Assembly (NCBI GenBank): GCA_013239625.1 | Contig: MU054033.1 | Location: forward strand, 496,001 to 560,000 | Length of the DNA stretch: 64,000 nucleotides | Reading direction: 5' to 3' | Source: Lama guanicoe | Lineage: Eukaryota | In this document: one piece after another, positions 48,595 through 61,350 of the stretch | How positions within the stretch are numbered: the first letter of the stretch is position 1 | How the letters are laid out: every line of letters starts with the position of its first letter | The notes under the pieces: generated by a model | The model's input: only the letters and a program-made list of their open reading frames with translations | What the model was told of the DNA's origin: nothing | Databases searched by the model: none | Position numbers and translations under genes: made by a program

Positions 48595-48800
48595 TAATAA
48601 TAGCTAACACTTAGAGAATTTTTATCATATGCTCTTCCATAGTAAGTGCTTTACATATACATAGAGGGAAAATAATATTACTCCTCCCATTTTACATATC
48701 AAAGTCCATTTCTCAAGGACACACTGCTGATAAGAGGCATCACTGAGACTGAAATGTACATAGTTTGAATCCAGGGACCATGTTTTTAGTCACCATGCTG
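48595..48800 (-). mobile_element. MIR SINE remnant
   Basis: AATAATAATAGCTAACAC...TAAGTGCTTTACATAT...CCCATTTTACA...TTTGAATCCAGG. Confidence 0.6.
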
Positions 48801-49084
48801 TTACCTGCAAAAGCAGCCTCAGTTTTGGCAATGTCTTTTTAATTTCACTTCAGTTTTTCTTCCCTTAAATTAAAAAATTATCAAATAATAAATTTATATA
48901 ATGTTAAAAAGCCCAAAGGTAAGGTGGGTACACAAGGAATAAGAATAGCCTCCCTCTTCTCCTAACCCTATTTCCTAAGTGACTTGGTGAAAGATCTTAG
49001 GCGTCGTGTGTCGTGATATCAAACATAAGAAGTATTTTTTTTCTCGGAAATACAATTGAGTTATTTTTGCCTCCTGTTTGGAGT

Positions 49085-49753
49085 TTTGCTTCTGGTAATG
49101 GCAAAGCAGCTCATATTGGACCAAATCTCTTGCAGATAACAATTGTAACCTCTGGACAAAAACAAACAATAACAAAACCCCACAAGAAAAAAACTAACTG
49201 AAGGTACCAGAGAGGTAAGAACAGAAAGAAACTGGAGGGGAGTTCACACTCGGAAGAAAGATACGGCACTGGGTTATTGCCCCACTTCTACGGAGTTCTG
49301 CCTGAGGGCAAGCCTCAGCTTGCATGATGGGTAAAACTCAGAAACCTGCCCACCTACTGGCTGAGGAATCAGAGGAGGTAATTTGGGGCAACCACAAAAG
49401 CCGAAAAATAAGGGGAGAAATCTCAGAAAGGAGGGAGTTACAGAGCAGATGCCCCAAATTATTCGTGTAAATGTTGCCCAAATCCCTGGCTAGCCCCTGA
49501 ATGGTACATGAGCACGGCAGACTCCAAGCAAGGCAGTCCCAAAGCTAAGAGAACTGGCAGGAGATCTCAGAGGCTGCCCCCTGCAGAAGCGGCAGAGTAT
49601 GTGTTCAGACAAATTAACCTCCTGCTAAAACATAATCAACACTATTGAGAGGAATGATAGAACCCAGAGTGATTATAACACCACGATGTCCAGAACATAA
49701 TCCAAAATTATTAGACACACGAACAAACAGAGAAATGCGACTGACACTAAAAG
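49085..49753 (+). mobile_element. Ancient L1M 5' region, interrupted by a Charlie element and resuming at about 50851-51090
   Basis: CTTCTGGTAATGGC...ACAATTGTAACCTCTGGACAAAA 5'-end pattern, with an ORF1-like remnant after 50850 (AGAAATCTCAG...CCAAATGGAAAATTATAGAACTGAAAA). Confidence 0.6.
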
Positions 49754-50850
49754 CAGTGCTTCTCAAACTTTATGGCCTGAGGACCTCTTTATACTTTTTC
49801 AAATCACTGAGGACCCCAACAGGGGTTTATTATGTATATTATATCTATTGATATTACCTTATTAAAAATTAAAGTTGACAACATTTTACAAAGTTTATCA
49901 ATTCCTTTAAAATAGTAGTAATAAACTCAGTACATGTCCACAGAAGTAACATGTTTTCATTAAAAATAACTATATTTTCTAAAGCAAAAGCAATTAATGA
50001 GAAGAGTGGCATTGTTTATATTTTCTTTCAAATCTCTGATGTCTGGATTGAAAGAAAAACAGCAAGATTCTCATATTTGCTTCTGCATTCATAGCTTTGG
50101 TCATTTATAAAATACTGGTTCATTAAATTATGAAGATATTTCAAATGTTGATGTATTTCATTGTTCAATATTTAAAAATCAGTCATTAATATCTTGACTG
50201 CTCTCGTAAGGCAAGTCTTTAAATATCAGGAAACTCATGATAGGAGATACAAGTTTTCAAAAATTCCAATTTTCACTTGAAATTTCAATTTTTATTGTGG
50301 GCCCCAAATATTGTCACTTTCCTTGAAGTGACAAACTCTCATCATTCAATTTTTAGAAAATGTCTGCCAAATACTGAATTCTGAAAAAACCAGTGTGTCT
50401 ACTCATTGTTCTTCCCATTAAAAATGGTGTTTCATGTAAGAATCAGCTAGTTTTACTCACAATTCAACCAACCATACAAGTACTTTTTCTATCTGCTTCA
50501 TTATGTAGCAAAAGGGATTTAATCCATGAGTCACAACTTGTTACATAGAATATTTTTTAAAAGAGTATTTAAAGATTGAGATTTGAAGGAATTAATAGTT
50601 TATCCGGCTTCATCAAAGCAATTCTTAAATAACTAGCCACTAGTACACTGTGGTGCCACTGCCTTGATTGATTGTAACATGTCACGATCTTTACTGACAA
50701 CTGCTTTTGTACCGTTATTGCAAATGTCAACATATTGAAACAGGCAAATGATATTTTAGGATTACTAGGAAAATAATTTTGACCTTTCAGATTCCCAGAA
50801 GGCACCTTGGGAACCTCAGGAGTCAGCAAACCACAATTTGAGAAATACTG
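49754..50850 (-). mobile_element. hAT-Charlie DNA transposon fossil (Charlie1-family deletion derivative)
   Basis: Terminal inverted repeats CAGTGCTTCTCAAA (49754-49767) and TTTGAGAAATACTG (50837-50850) match at 12 of 14 bases. Subterminal sequence resembles Charlie1 ends. Confidence 0.8.
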
Positions 50851-51111
50851 CAGAAGAGAAAATACAAACAATGAAGATTGACCTCAAGATCACCCAGCTG
50901 TTTTAACAAAGAGTTTAAAGCAGCTCTTATTGGAATGCTTAAAAAAGTTTATGGAAATATGTTCAAAATGAATGCTCAAATAAGAAATCTCAGTAACGAA
51001 ACTACTCAAAAAAACCAAATGGAAAATTATAGAACTGAAAAAATGTCATCCTGAAATTTAAAACATTCACTGGGTGGGCCGAATAGATACAAAATTAAAG
51101 GAACAGAAAAT

Positions 51112-51660
51112 ATTTTTCCTTGTGATGAGAACTCTTAGAATTTACTCTCTTAGCAACTTTCACATATAAGATGCAGCAGTGTGAATTCTATTCATTAAGT
51201 GGTACATTATAACCCTAGAACTTACTTATATCTAGAAGTTTGCACCTTTTGACCATCTTCGTCCATTCCTCCTCCCTGACTCCTTGTCTCTGGTAATCAC
51301 TACCGGACATTTTTATTTTTAAACATTTTTTAAAGTTGAAGTATAGTCCGGTTACAATGTTGCGTCAACTTCTGGTGTACAGCATAGTGATTCAGTTACT
51401 TCTATCTCTATCTACATAGATAGATCCCTTTCCATATTCCTTTTCATTATAGGCTATTACAAGATATTGCATATAGTTCCCTGTGCTGTACAGTAGACAT
51501 TTGCTGTTGATCTATTTTATATATACTAGTTAGCATCTGCAAATCTCAAACTCTCAATTTATCCCTTCCCACCCCCTTTTCTCCCTGGTAATCATTCTCT
51601 ACGTCTATGGGTCTGTTTCTGTTTGGTAAATAAGCTCATTTGTTTCAGAATTTTTTTTTT
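51112..51660 (-). mobile_element. Two adjacent antisense L1 3' end fragments (older about 51112-51300, younger about 51310-51660)
   Basis: GTGATGAGAACTCTTAGAATTTACTCTCTTAGCAACTTTC, then TACAATGTTGCGTCAACTTCTGGTGTACAGC...AGTTCCCTGTGCTGTACAG. Confidence 0.8.
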
Positions 51661-52059
51661 CTTTTTGGTTTCTGGATAGCTATAGTTAAAAAAGACAGAC
51701 AAACCACACTGTCCTCTGTTGACTTTCTCTGAAGTTGCTGAAAGCACTAATGATCATGGCTTGGTTAACGCCTGTTCTTTGAAAAGTGTGAAACTGTTGG
51801 TGCCTCCACTACCAATGCCGCCTGCCTCATATGACAAAGACCTTAAGGAGAATAACTAGGTGTCAGGGAAAGAAGAGAACTTGAATGGAGGGTGGGTGGG
51901 AAATGATGACAAAATTCCTTGTGCTGATTTGCACAGGACTCTGCAGCTTACTAGTTTTTTGACCTCTGGCAAACCAGTTTACAAGCCAGAGTCCTCCTCT
52001 GAGAGTGTCAGTGTCCTCCAATGTCCTTGCTCTGAGGATGAGAGGGGAGAGATGTTGGT

Positions 52060-52600
52060 ACTGTTTGAGAGGAAAAACTTGCCTCTATCCTCTTGCTTTA
52101 GTGACGCGGGGCCTGCAAATTAAGCTGCAAAAGACAGATCAATGGGAGAAAAAAGGGTTTATTTCTATGTGTATGCATAGAGGGGTTAACAAAAGAAGTA
52201 GCTAACTCCCTAAATGGTTAAAGTTATAGGCTTTAGTCCTAACTGAGAAGGGGGAAGGGAGGGAGAGGAACAGAAAGGTTTTATTAAAAAAGACAAATGG
52301 GTTTTAAGGAGAACAAACTGAAGATAAGAATGTTTGTGATAATGTGTGTTTAAGCAGGTGTGAGTGGTCTTTCCTTCTTCTTCGTGGCTGTGAAACTTCC
52401 CAAAGAAGGGATTTATGGTACGTTTATCTTGGTCTCTCTCTGTCTCCTGGGAGTCAAGGTGCCTCAAAGGGGATTTATGACAGCCTCATTTCTCAGAAGC
52501 TCCTGCTTAGTCAGAGAAAGAAAGCTCTGAGAAAGTTTCTTTCTGCATCTGTTCAATCTCAAATACCTTCAGCTTAAAATATTCTTTATATCTACCCTGG
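52060..52600 (-). mobile_element. Probable ERV1-class LTR remnant
   Basis: GGGGCCTGCAAATTAAGCTGCAAAAGACAGATCAATGGGAGAAAAAAGGGTTTATTT...CTTCAGCTTAAAATA resembles mammalian ERV1 LTRs. Family not assigned. Confidence 0.55.
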
Positions 52601-52695
52601 GTTCCCACAGTACTGTCATCACACAGGGAGGCTGGTGTGGAGCTGGGGTTAGGGGGATGTAGGGCAGCAGAGCTGGTCACAGGGAACTGAGTCTC

Positions 52696-53030
52696 TGTCA
52701 CAGACTCAGTTATGTCTCCTCAAATTCATACGTTGAAGCCCTACCCTCTACTAAAACTGTTTTTGAATATATGGCCTTTAAAGGGATAATTAAGATAATA
52801 ACATCGTAAAGGTGGGGCCCTAATTCAATAGGACCCATGTGCTTAGAAGAGACAGAGGCACCAAGGAAGCATGCATCAGAGAAGAGGTTGCATGAGGTCA
52901 TAGCTAGAAGGTGGCTGTCTGCAAGCCAAAGAGAGAGGCCTCAGGAGAGACCAAGCCTGCCGACAACTTGATCTTGGACTTCCAGCCCAGTCTGTGGTAT
53001 TTGTTACGGCAGCCCACGCTGACTAATACA
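52696..53030 (+). mobile_element. MaLR solo LTR (MLT1A/B-like)
   Basis: AAATTCATACGTTGAAGCCCTA...GGTGGGGCCCTAAT...GCAAGCCAAAGAGAGAGGCCTCAGGAGAGACCAAGCCTGCCGAC...CCCAGTCTGTGGTATTTGTTACGGCAGCCC...GACTAATACA. Confidence 0.88.
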
Positions 53031-53594
53031 CCTTCTTTAGACTCCTTTACTGATCTAGAGGACAGAATGAAATTCCTACCTACTGGAAAAGTATATAAGG
53101 AATGAGACACAAGAACCCCAAGACCTGACCAGGAAAGGGCTAAAATCAGAGCTCTCCAGCTACACCCTGACAGAGCAGGAACTCTTTTTGACCTGTCCAG
53201 GAAGTAGGAGCAGACACTACAACTCTGATGGCTAAGCGAGGTAAAGAGCAATGGGGTTGGCCTTCACATGTGAGAATTCTATGGCCAGTTCTCATCCTAG
53301 ACATACTCGCAGCCAACGAGAGATTTAGGGCCTAGTGGGAAGGCACCATTCAAGCTCTCCCTGGGTCTGTGGGGGAACTTGAAGCAGGAAGGTAATGTCA
53401 AAGGATTCGAAGGGCAGGGAAGGTAAGCAGGTGACTCAGAGGAGAAGGCTGGGTGAGAGGCATGGAGGTCTTCCAGGAGCATCAACCACCAGTTGACCAG
53501 GGCAGGCTCCCAGCTCAGTCCGGGGCAGTACAGACTCACTGGCTTTGAATTAGGGTCCAGGTAGACTGTGACAATTCTCTTTCAATGTATTTCA

Positions 53595-53900
53595 ATAATT
53601 TTAATAGTTTTAGACTTACGTTAAAAATTGAGGACACAGGACAGAGAGTTCCCCATGCACCCCACCCCCAGTTGCCCCCATTACTGACATCCTACATTAA
53701 TATGGTACACTGGTTACAATGAATGAACTTACATTGACACATTACTAAAGTCTGTGCTTTGTCTGGATTCCCTTAATTTCTACCCGAAGTCCATTATTTC
53801 TGTTGCAGGAGCCCACAGTACCTTTAGTCATCAGGGCTCCTTAGCCTCCTCTTGACTGTGACAGTTTCTCAGTCTTATTTTTGATGACCTTGACAAAACC
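53595..53900 (-). mobile_element. Ancient L1MC-like 3' end fragment
   Basis: ACAGAGAGTTCCCCAT...TATGGTACACTGGTTACAATGAATGAAC...TGTGACAGTTTCTCAG...TTTTGATGACCTTGACA. Confidence 0.7.
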
Positions 53901-54276
53901 GTGACCACACATTTTAGTTCACCTTTGCAGCTAACACAGGACCCCAGGGCACAGCCCTGGGAGGGGAGGGAGGCGAGTTCTCGTAGAACATGTTCCCCCG
54001 CTGAACTATTCCACAGCTTTCCCCCTGCCTTTGCTGGACAAGCCAGCACGCTTCTGCCAGGCAAGTGGAATCTGGAACAGTCGGGGGTGCTGGGCGGGGC
54101 GAAGGCTCAGGGGCGTGGCGAGGGCTCAGGGGCGGGGCCTGGCGCGAGAGCGAGGCTTAGGGGGCGTGACTAGGGAAAAGGCCTGCCGGGGTAGGGGCGG
54201 GGTCTGGGCGTGGGCGGCGGCGTGCGCGCGGCGGGGGCGGGGCAGCAGCCGCAGGCCCACGCCGTAAACAGACAAC

Positions 54277-54544
54277 ATGGCGGCGGCGGCGGCGGCGGCG
54301 GCGGCACCGGGGGCCTTGGGCACTTTGCAGGCCGGCCGCGCCCGCTTGGTGGCCGCTTGCTGTGCGCGGCTCGGCCCCGGGTGGAGGCTGCCCGGCCCCT
54401 GGACGGGCCCGCGGGGCGGCCCGGCGACCTGGGCGCGGGGCTGGACGCCCGCGATCGGGGGGCCGGCCTCGCGGAGGGGCTTCGGCTCCGAGGTGAAGAC
54501 GGAGGACGAGCTGCGGGTGCGGTACCTGGAGGAGGAGAACCGAG
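54277..54544 (+). CDS. AUH: AUH exon 1 coding part (mitochondrial methylglutaconyl-CoA hydratase / AU-rich RNA-binding protein); partial CDS with transit peptide, remaining exons beyond the window
   Basis: [40 protein letters not shown]...[23 protein letters not shown] matches the AUH N-terminus. It ends at a strong donor CGAG|GTGAGG (54544/54545). NFIL3-AUH adjacency is known mammalian synteny. I did not find exon 2 (IVVLGINRAYGKN) in the window. Confidence 0.96.
54280..54303 (+). repeat. AUH: (GCG)8 trinucleotide repeat encoding poly-Ala in AUH
   Basis: ATG-(GCG)8-GCA-CCG read directly from the sequence. Confidence 0.95.
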
Positions 54545-56969
54545 GTGAGGGGCGCGAGGCGGGCGGCCGCCGGCCCCGGGAAGGGGTCGCCAGGTCGAGC
54601 GCCCGGGCTGACGCCAGCGCCCGCGGGGAGGCCTGGGGGGCCCTCCCCTCCCCCACCCGGCGGCGCGCAGTCGGGGGCGCTCGGGCCGGCCGCGCCCTGC
54701 GCACGGCTCACCTGTGCCAAGGTCAGCGGACCCGCTGCGCGCGAGCCCCGCGTCCAGATTCTGTTCTCGCTCGGTGCTTGCCTTCTGGCGGCTCAGACAT
54801 CAGGGGGAGAGTTTCAGAAGCCGCAGTGAGAATGCACTGTATTGATTATTCTGAATAGTCCTCAATTTAAAGCTGTTCCTCTGAAATTTTCCCCTTGTCC
54901 ATTTTGTCTTAGAAAGTTAGTTTGGTGGACGAGTCCATTTCATTTAAACCATTTTGAGCATTCTGTTTTTGCTTTCTGCTCTTCCGGCTGCCTTGCTGAG
55001 CTCTGGGGGACGTAATTGTGCACGGTCTTGCTCTTGCCCTTGAGCCACCTTCCGTGGGAGGAGACTGGTGCGTTAGCGATACGGTGGGAGGAAGGGCTGT
55101 GATAGAGGGGGTGTGCCTTTCGGCGGGATAACCGCGAAAGCTCAGTCCCTTTCACTTGCCTTGTTGGAGAAAGCCAAGTGGATCATGAAAGATGGAAACA
55201 GCAGTTTGCCAGAGAGGCAGACGTTTAATTTTGACACGCAGTTACTGAGCGCCTAGAATCCGTTAAGCAGAAGTTCAGAATGAGTTAAGTCACGATTCCT
55301 ATCTTAATGCAACTGCTGATATAGTGAGGAAGATGCTGGTAATTAAAAGGCTGTGCTAACTTTAAAGGCTTGGTGAGAGCTGAGGGCTGGACTACGCCCA
55401 AGGGGAGATTGGAAGACACCAGAGGGGCGATTTCTGAGGGTCAGGTTTGGGTGTCGCCAGATGAAAAGGGTTCCAAGGCATTCCTTGTAATGGAGTTTGA
55501 CATTAGTGAGGGTCCTTAGGCAAACTTCTCTGTGCTTCAACTTTCTTATGTGTAAAATAGGAAAAAAAATAATACCAACTTTGTATGCCTGCTGTGGACA
55601 TTAGATGAGAGCGTTCATATAAATTGCACACTCAGTGTCTAACTCATAGGGGGTACTCCGGAAGATGATGAGTTATTTTATTTATTTATTATTCCAGACC
55701 AGAGACAAGAGCATGGGCAGAGGCATGGAGTGTGAACATGTGTGGTGTTTTAGGGCAGTAGCGTAAGGCAGTGTGACTGGTACAGCATGACAGGCAGAAT
55801 ATTGAGAAACTCAGCTGGGAAGTAGGCGGGCAGTTGGGCGTTTAGAGCTGTGTATTTCAGTTACACTAGGTGTGCCGACAGTGCATCGGATGCAAAGGCA
55901 TTTCAGACACAGCTAGTAATGTGCACCATGTTCTGTGTTTGTTTTTTTTATCTTTATGACTTAAATGATTGCAAATTGAAAGTAAATTTTCATCAAGTAT
56001 CTGGGAAGTCTTTAAATTAGGACCCAGATGGATCAAAGAGAAGAAATCAGAGAATACAAGACTATTTAATACATTCAGAATGTTTTCAGTTACTTGTTAT
56101 GTAGAAATCAGCTATTAGGAGATAAAGTTTCTTAGGAAAATTGACCCAGGTTCCTTTCAGGATTGGCAAGATGACAGGTCAGTCCTGGCTCTTGGCTAAC
56201 ATTATATATCCTTCGCTTAGCTTTGCTGTCAGATCAGCAGTGAGCAGCGCAAAGAACATTAGGTCACGGATACTGCAGGTGAGGGAGTCTCGCAGATGGC
56301 TGTGCTTCCTGTTAGAGGCCAGTCCAAAATCCGGTGCTCTCAGCAGCCTGCAGGGGATATGAGAGCTCTTCCGGGTCGCAGGAGCCCTAGACTGCTCTCT
56401 GCCCTGTATCCCTTTTAGGTGGAGGTGGGTAAGTGCATGCAGAACACATTGGCCTTTACCTTTTCCTGCTCTTTTATGTGTCTGTGCTTTTGCACACACC
56501 TCCTGGAATGACTTCTCCCTTCTCCCTGCCAACCTTCTCCCAGTCTGGCAGGCTTCTACTCATAAGTGTGGCCCATTTCAAAGATCATTTTTGTGAGTTA
56601 TGTACCAGCTTCTGGCAGAAGTAGAGCAAATGATCAAATGCATAATGCACGTCATCCTTGGTGCCTGCGCCTTCCTCGTTGTTCCCACCTAGCTTATCAT
56701 CAGGTCTTCCCCAGTGCCTTTGTATCTTTCCACTTTTTCTCCATGCTCTCCTTTATCAACACCACTCTCGTCCAAGCCTGTATCATCTCTCAGGTGGGCT
56801 GTTGCAGAGGAAGACGAGTCTTCCTACTTGCTCTTTTTTTTTTTTTTTCAAACAGGTTGATTCCATTCATATGTTTTTCTCACGTTTTAAAAGATATGTT
56901 TTCGAGTATTTTATAGCATGTGAATTCTGGCTCAGCAAAGTGATATATTTAGATAGATGTGTATATTTT

Positions 56970-59900
56970 AAAATCTTTATTGAGATTGATTCATATATAA
57001 AATTAAAAGTGTACAATTGTTTTTAGTGTATTTACAGAGTTGTGCAACCATCACCACAATCCAATTTTAGAACATCTTTATCAATCCAGAAAGAAACCCT
57101 GTTCTCTTAGCAGTGGACTCCCCATTCTCATACTCCGTCTCCCCACAAAATAAGACCCATTTGTCATCTACTTTGTTTCTCAGCAGCTTTTTCTACTTTG
57201 GATGTTTCACGTGAAGAAATCGTAAGTGGTTATTTATGGCTTCTTTCACTGAGCATTATGTTTTCAAGGCTGTATCACTTTGTGGCGTGTATCAGTAAGT
57301 ACTTCATTTCTTTTTATGGCTGAATAATATTTCATTGTTTGGATTATCTGTTCAATCATGTACATTTGCGTCATTTCCACTTTTTGGATCTTGTGAACAA
57401 TCCTGCTTAGAATGTTCATATATAAATTTTTAGGACATTCTTGTTTTAAAATTTCCACTTAGGAGTGGAATTGCTGGGTCATATTGTAATTGTAATTCTA
57501 TGATGAACATTTTGAGGAACTACTAAACTTTTCCAAAGTGGCTGCAGCATTTTATATTCCTATCAGCAAAATATAAGAGCTCTAATTTCTTCACATCATG
57601 ACCAGTACTTGTTTGGGTTTTTGATCATAGCCACCGGGTGTGTGTGAGGTGATATCTCATTGTGGCTTTGATTTGGATTTTCTAGTGGTTAAAGATGTTG
57701 AGTATCTTTTCATGTGCTTATTTGGCCATGTGTGTATCTACTTTAGAGAAGTGTCTTTTCATATCCTTTTTAATTTGGTTGTTTGTCTTTTGTTTTGAAT
57801 TGTAAGAGTCCTTTACTTACACTGGAAATTAAGTCCCTAATCAGATACATGATTTGCGTAACTTTTCTCCTATTCTGTGGGTTATCTTTTCAGTTTATTA
57901 ATGGTGTATTTTGAAGAACCTAGGATTTTAATGCTGATGTATGGTGTCCAATTTGTTGGTTTCTTTATTGGCTGAGCTTTTGGATCATATGTAAAACACT
58001 GTTGTCTAATCCAAGGTTACAAAGATTTGTAACAGTTTTCTTCTAAGAGTTTTATGATTTTAGCTTGTCAGTGCTTTTGTCTGTGATCAATTTAGAGTTA
58101 GCTTTTGTATATGGTGTGAAGTAAGAGGTTAACTTCATTCTTTTGCTTTGGATATTCAGTGTCTCAGAACTATTGAAAAAACTGTTCTTTCACGACAGAA
58201 TTGTGTTGGCACCTCCTTTGAAAATTAATGGACCTTAAACATAAGAGTTTATTTCTGGACTTTCAGTTCTATTTCAATTATCTACATGCCTATCTTTATG
58301 CAAGTACCATTTCTGAAGAATTTACCAGAATTTCTGAAAAATTCTCAGTTTTCTCAAGAAAGTCAAATCCACTGGCATCTTGATAGGGATGCATTGAATA
58401 GTCAGATCAATTTGGGGAAAGTCGCCTTCTAAACAATGTTAAGTTTTCCATTTCATGAACGTGGAATATCTTTTCATTCAACAGCGGTTTGTAGTTTTCA
58501 GTGTACAAGACTCGCACTACTTTTAAATTTATTTCTAACTATTTCATTCTGTTTGGATACTGTTGTAAATGGAATTGTTCTCTGTGTTTTGTTTTCAGAT
58601 TGTTCACTGCTAGTGTATAGGAATACAGTTGTTTTTGTATGTTGAGCTTATATCATACAACTTTGCTGAACTTGCTTATTCTCATAGTTTTTTTAGTAGA
58701 TTCCTTAATATTTTCTATATGCAAGATCCATGTCACCTGCACAGAGAAGACGTTTTGCTTATTCTCTCCCAATCTAGATGTCTTTTATTTCTTTCTTTTG
58801 CCTAAATCTCCCTCATTGGAGTCTCCATTACAGTATTGAATAAAAGCATCAGGATCAGACATCCTGGTCTTGTTCCTGATCTTGAGGGGAAAGCCTTCAG
58901 TGTTTCACCACTAAGTATGACGTTAACTATGGGTTTTTTGTAGATGTGCCTTATCAGGTTGAAGAAGCCTCTATTCATCGTTTTTTTTTTTTTTAATCTT
59001 GTTGAATTTTTTCAGATTCTTTTTCTTTATCTATTGGCGGTAATTGTGTGACTTTTCTTATTTAACCTACTTATGTGATGGGTTACATTAATGGATTTTC
59101 AAATATTGAACCAGTGTTGTGCACCTCGAACAAACCCGACTTGATTGTGGGGTGTAATTAGTTTTATTCATTGCTGGATTTGTTTGGCTAATATTTTGTT
59201 TAGGAGTTTTACATTTATGTTGGTGAGGGATAGTGGTCTTTAGTTTTCCGTTCTTGTGATGTCTTTGCCCGGTTTTGGTAGAAGAGTAATGCTGGCTTCA
59301 CAGAATGAGCTAGGAAGCGGTCCTCCTGCTTCTGTTTTCTGGAAGAGATTGTAGAGAAATTATATCATTTTTTTTTCCTTTGAACGTTTCAGTAGAATTC
59401 ACTGGTGACACCACCTGCATCTGATGCCTTCTGTTTGAGAAGCTGATTAATTACCGATTCAGCTTCTTTAATAGCTATAGGCCTGCCCAGTTTATCTGCT
59501 TCTTCTTCTGGTACTTTGTGTCTTCTAAGGAACTGGTCCATTTCATCTAAGTTGGCACATTTATTGGCATATGGTTGTTTATAATAGTCCTTTATTATGC
59601 TTGTGGTATCAGTGGGATTCAGTAGTGATGAATTTCTGATGTTAGTAAGTTTTATTCATTTCTGATATTAGTAATTTGTATTCTCTCTCTCTCTCTCTTT
59701 TTCATGGTTAGCCGGGCTAGAGGCTTATCAGTTAACTGCTCCTTTTAAAGAACCAACTTTTGATCTGGTTGGTTTTTCTTTACTGATTACCTGTTTTGAA
59801 TTTTATTGATTTCTGCTGATTTCTACTTTTTTTTAACTTATTTTAGATTTAATTTGTTCTTTAGTTTCTTAATGTGGAAGCTTAGATTATCAATCGTAGA

Positions 59901-60835
59901 TGTTTCTTAATATGCACATTCAGTGCTGTGAATTGTCCTCTAAGCACTGCTTTTGCCGCATCACACAAATTTTGATAAGTTGTATTTCCAATTAAATTTA
60001 GTTAGAAGTACTTTAAATTTCTCTTGAGACTTCTTCTTTTACCTATATGTTGCTTTGAAGTGCCTTATTTAATCTCCAAGTATTTTGAGATTTTCCAGCT
60101 ATCTTATTGGTTTCCAGGTTTTTTTCCATTCATCTAGGAGCATACTTCGGTATGACTTCTGTTTTAAATTTGTTAAGGTGTGTTTTTAGCCCAGGATGTG
60201 GTCTGTCTTGTGAATATTCATATAAGCTTGGGCAGAATGTGTATTCTGCTACTGTTGTTGGACGCAGTATTCTATATTCAATTAGATCTAGTACTCAATG
60301 AGATCTAGTTGATTTTTGGTGGTGGTCAGTTTTGCTGTACCCTTAACTGATTTTCTGCCTTCTGAGTCTGTCTATAACTGATAGAGACAAGTTGAAATTT
60401 GCAGCTATGGTAGTGGATTTATTTCTCCTTGTAATTCTGTAGTTTTTAAATCATGCAATTTGATGCTCGATTGTTAGGTGCATATACATTGTGGTCTATT
60501 ATGTTTTGTTGGGGAAATGCCCCCTGAGCATTATGTACTGCCCCCTTTTATCCCTGAGACGCTTCCTTGTTCTGAGATTTGTTTTCTCTGAAATTAATGT
60601 AACTACTCCAGGTTTTCTTTTATTAGTGTTAGCATGGTTTATGTTTCTCCATCTCTTTATTTTTAGTCAGTCTGTGTCTTTATATTTAAAGTGAATACAC
60701 AACATATCATATAGTTGGGTCTTGTTTTCAATCCATTCCAGCAATATCTGTGTTTTAATTAATATATTTTATACCATTCATACTTAAAGTGATTATTGAA
60801 ATAGTTGGGTTGTTATATCTTATATTTGTAACTGC
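56970..60835 (-). mobile_element. Long decayed L1 (L1M) antisense in AUH intron 1: 3' UTR plus ORF2 remnants, probably composite
   Basis: TTCACTGAGCATTATGTTTTCAAGG, GGAGTGGAATTGCTGGGTCATA, TCTTGTTCCTGATCTT...TTTCACCACTAAGTATGA and TCCATTTCATCTAAGTT are hallmarks. No intact ORF. Confidence 0.88.
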
Positions 60836-60934
60836 TTTAGGATGAACTTTTGATTTTTAATAAGTCTAAAAACCAGAAGTTTGTTGTGTGTGTGTGTGTT
60901 TATATTTATTTCCTATTCTGACGGCTGAAACAAT

Positions 60935-61350
60935 CTCAAAGGAATGATACCATAATAGCAGCGAACATATCTAATGCCCAGATTTTGGTTTCTAAACACT
61001 CTGCCCCCTGAAAGAAACCAGGGCTCTTTGGAGAAATCTCTGATTTTAGGTCTGGAGCAGGGAAATTGAATGGTAAACCTGGATTATCTTTGGGGTCAAA
61101 GAGCAAGATAGTGTCCAAATGCTAAAAGGAACATGTCAGAAGGACATAGGCTTACAAGAGCTCTCACTGGCCATATATAGGATAATTTGAACATTAAAAT
61201 GTATAATAATAGTAGATTATAGCTTATACCTTGAATAAAGAATCCATGAAGTCATAGTGATTACTCAAAATACTGGGGGGAGGGAAGAACTGTTTTTATT
61301 GAAGAATGATGGGGATGATAGAAAATCACCATTTTGAAACCATCAATGTA
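60935..61350 (+). mobile_element. L1MC/MD-type 3' UTR fragment
   Basis: GCCCAGATTTTGGTTTCTAAA...GAAACCAGGGCTCTTTGGAGAAAT...AGGTCTGGAGCAGGGAAA. Confidence 0.65.

Larger units (their letters stand above)
54080..54780 (+). promoter_or_regulatory. AUH: AUH promoter CpG island with GC boxes and a YY1-type motif overlapping the start codon
   Basis: Repeated GGGGCGGGG boxes at about 54090-54242, no TATA box, and CAACATGGCGGC spanning the ATG at 54277. Confidence 0.85.

Noticed and set aside
23160..54544. A functional link in which AUH (an AU-rich-element-binding protein) regulates neighbouring NFIL3 mRNA
   Set aside because: Adjacency is ordinary synteny, and I see no clustered ATTTA motifs in the NFIL3 3' UTR to support it.
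54545..54858. C-terminal extension of the 193-aa AUH ORF
   Set aside because: Similarity to AUH ends at EEENRG, where a strong GTGAGG donor lies; the remainder is intron read-through.
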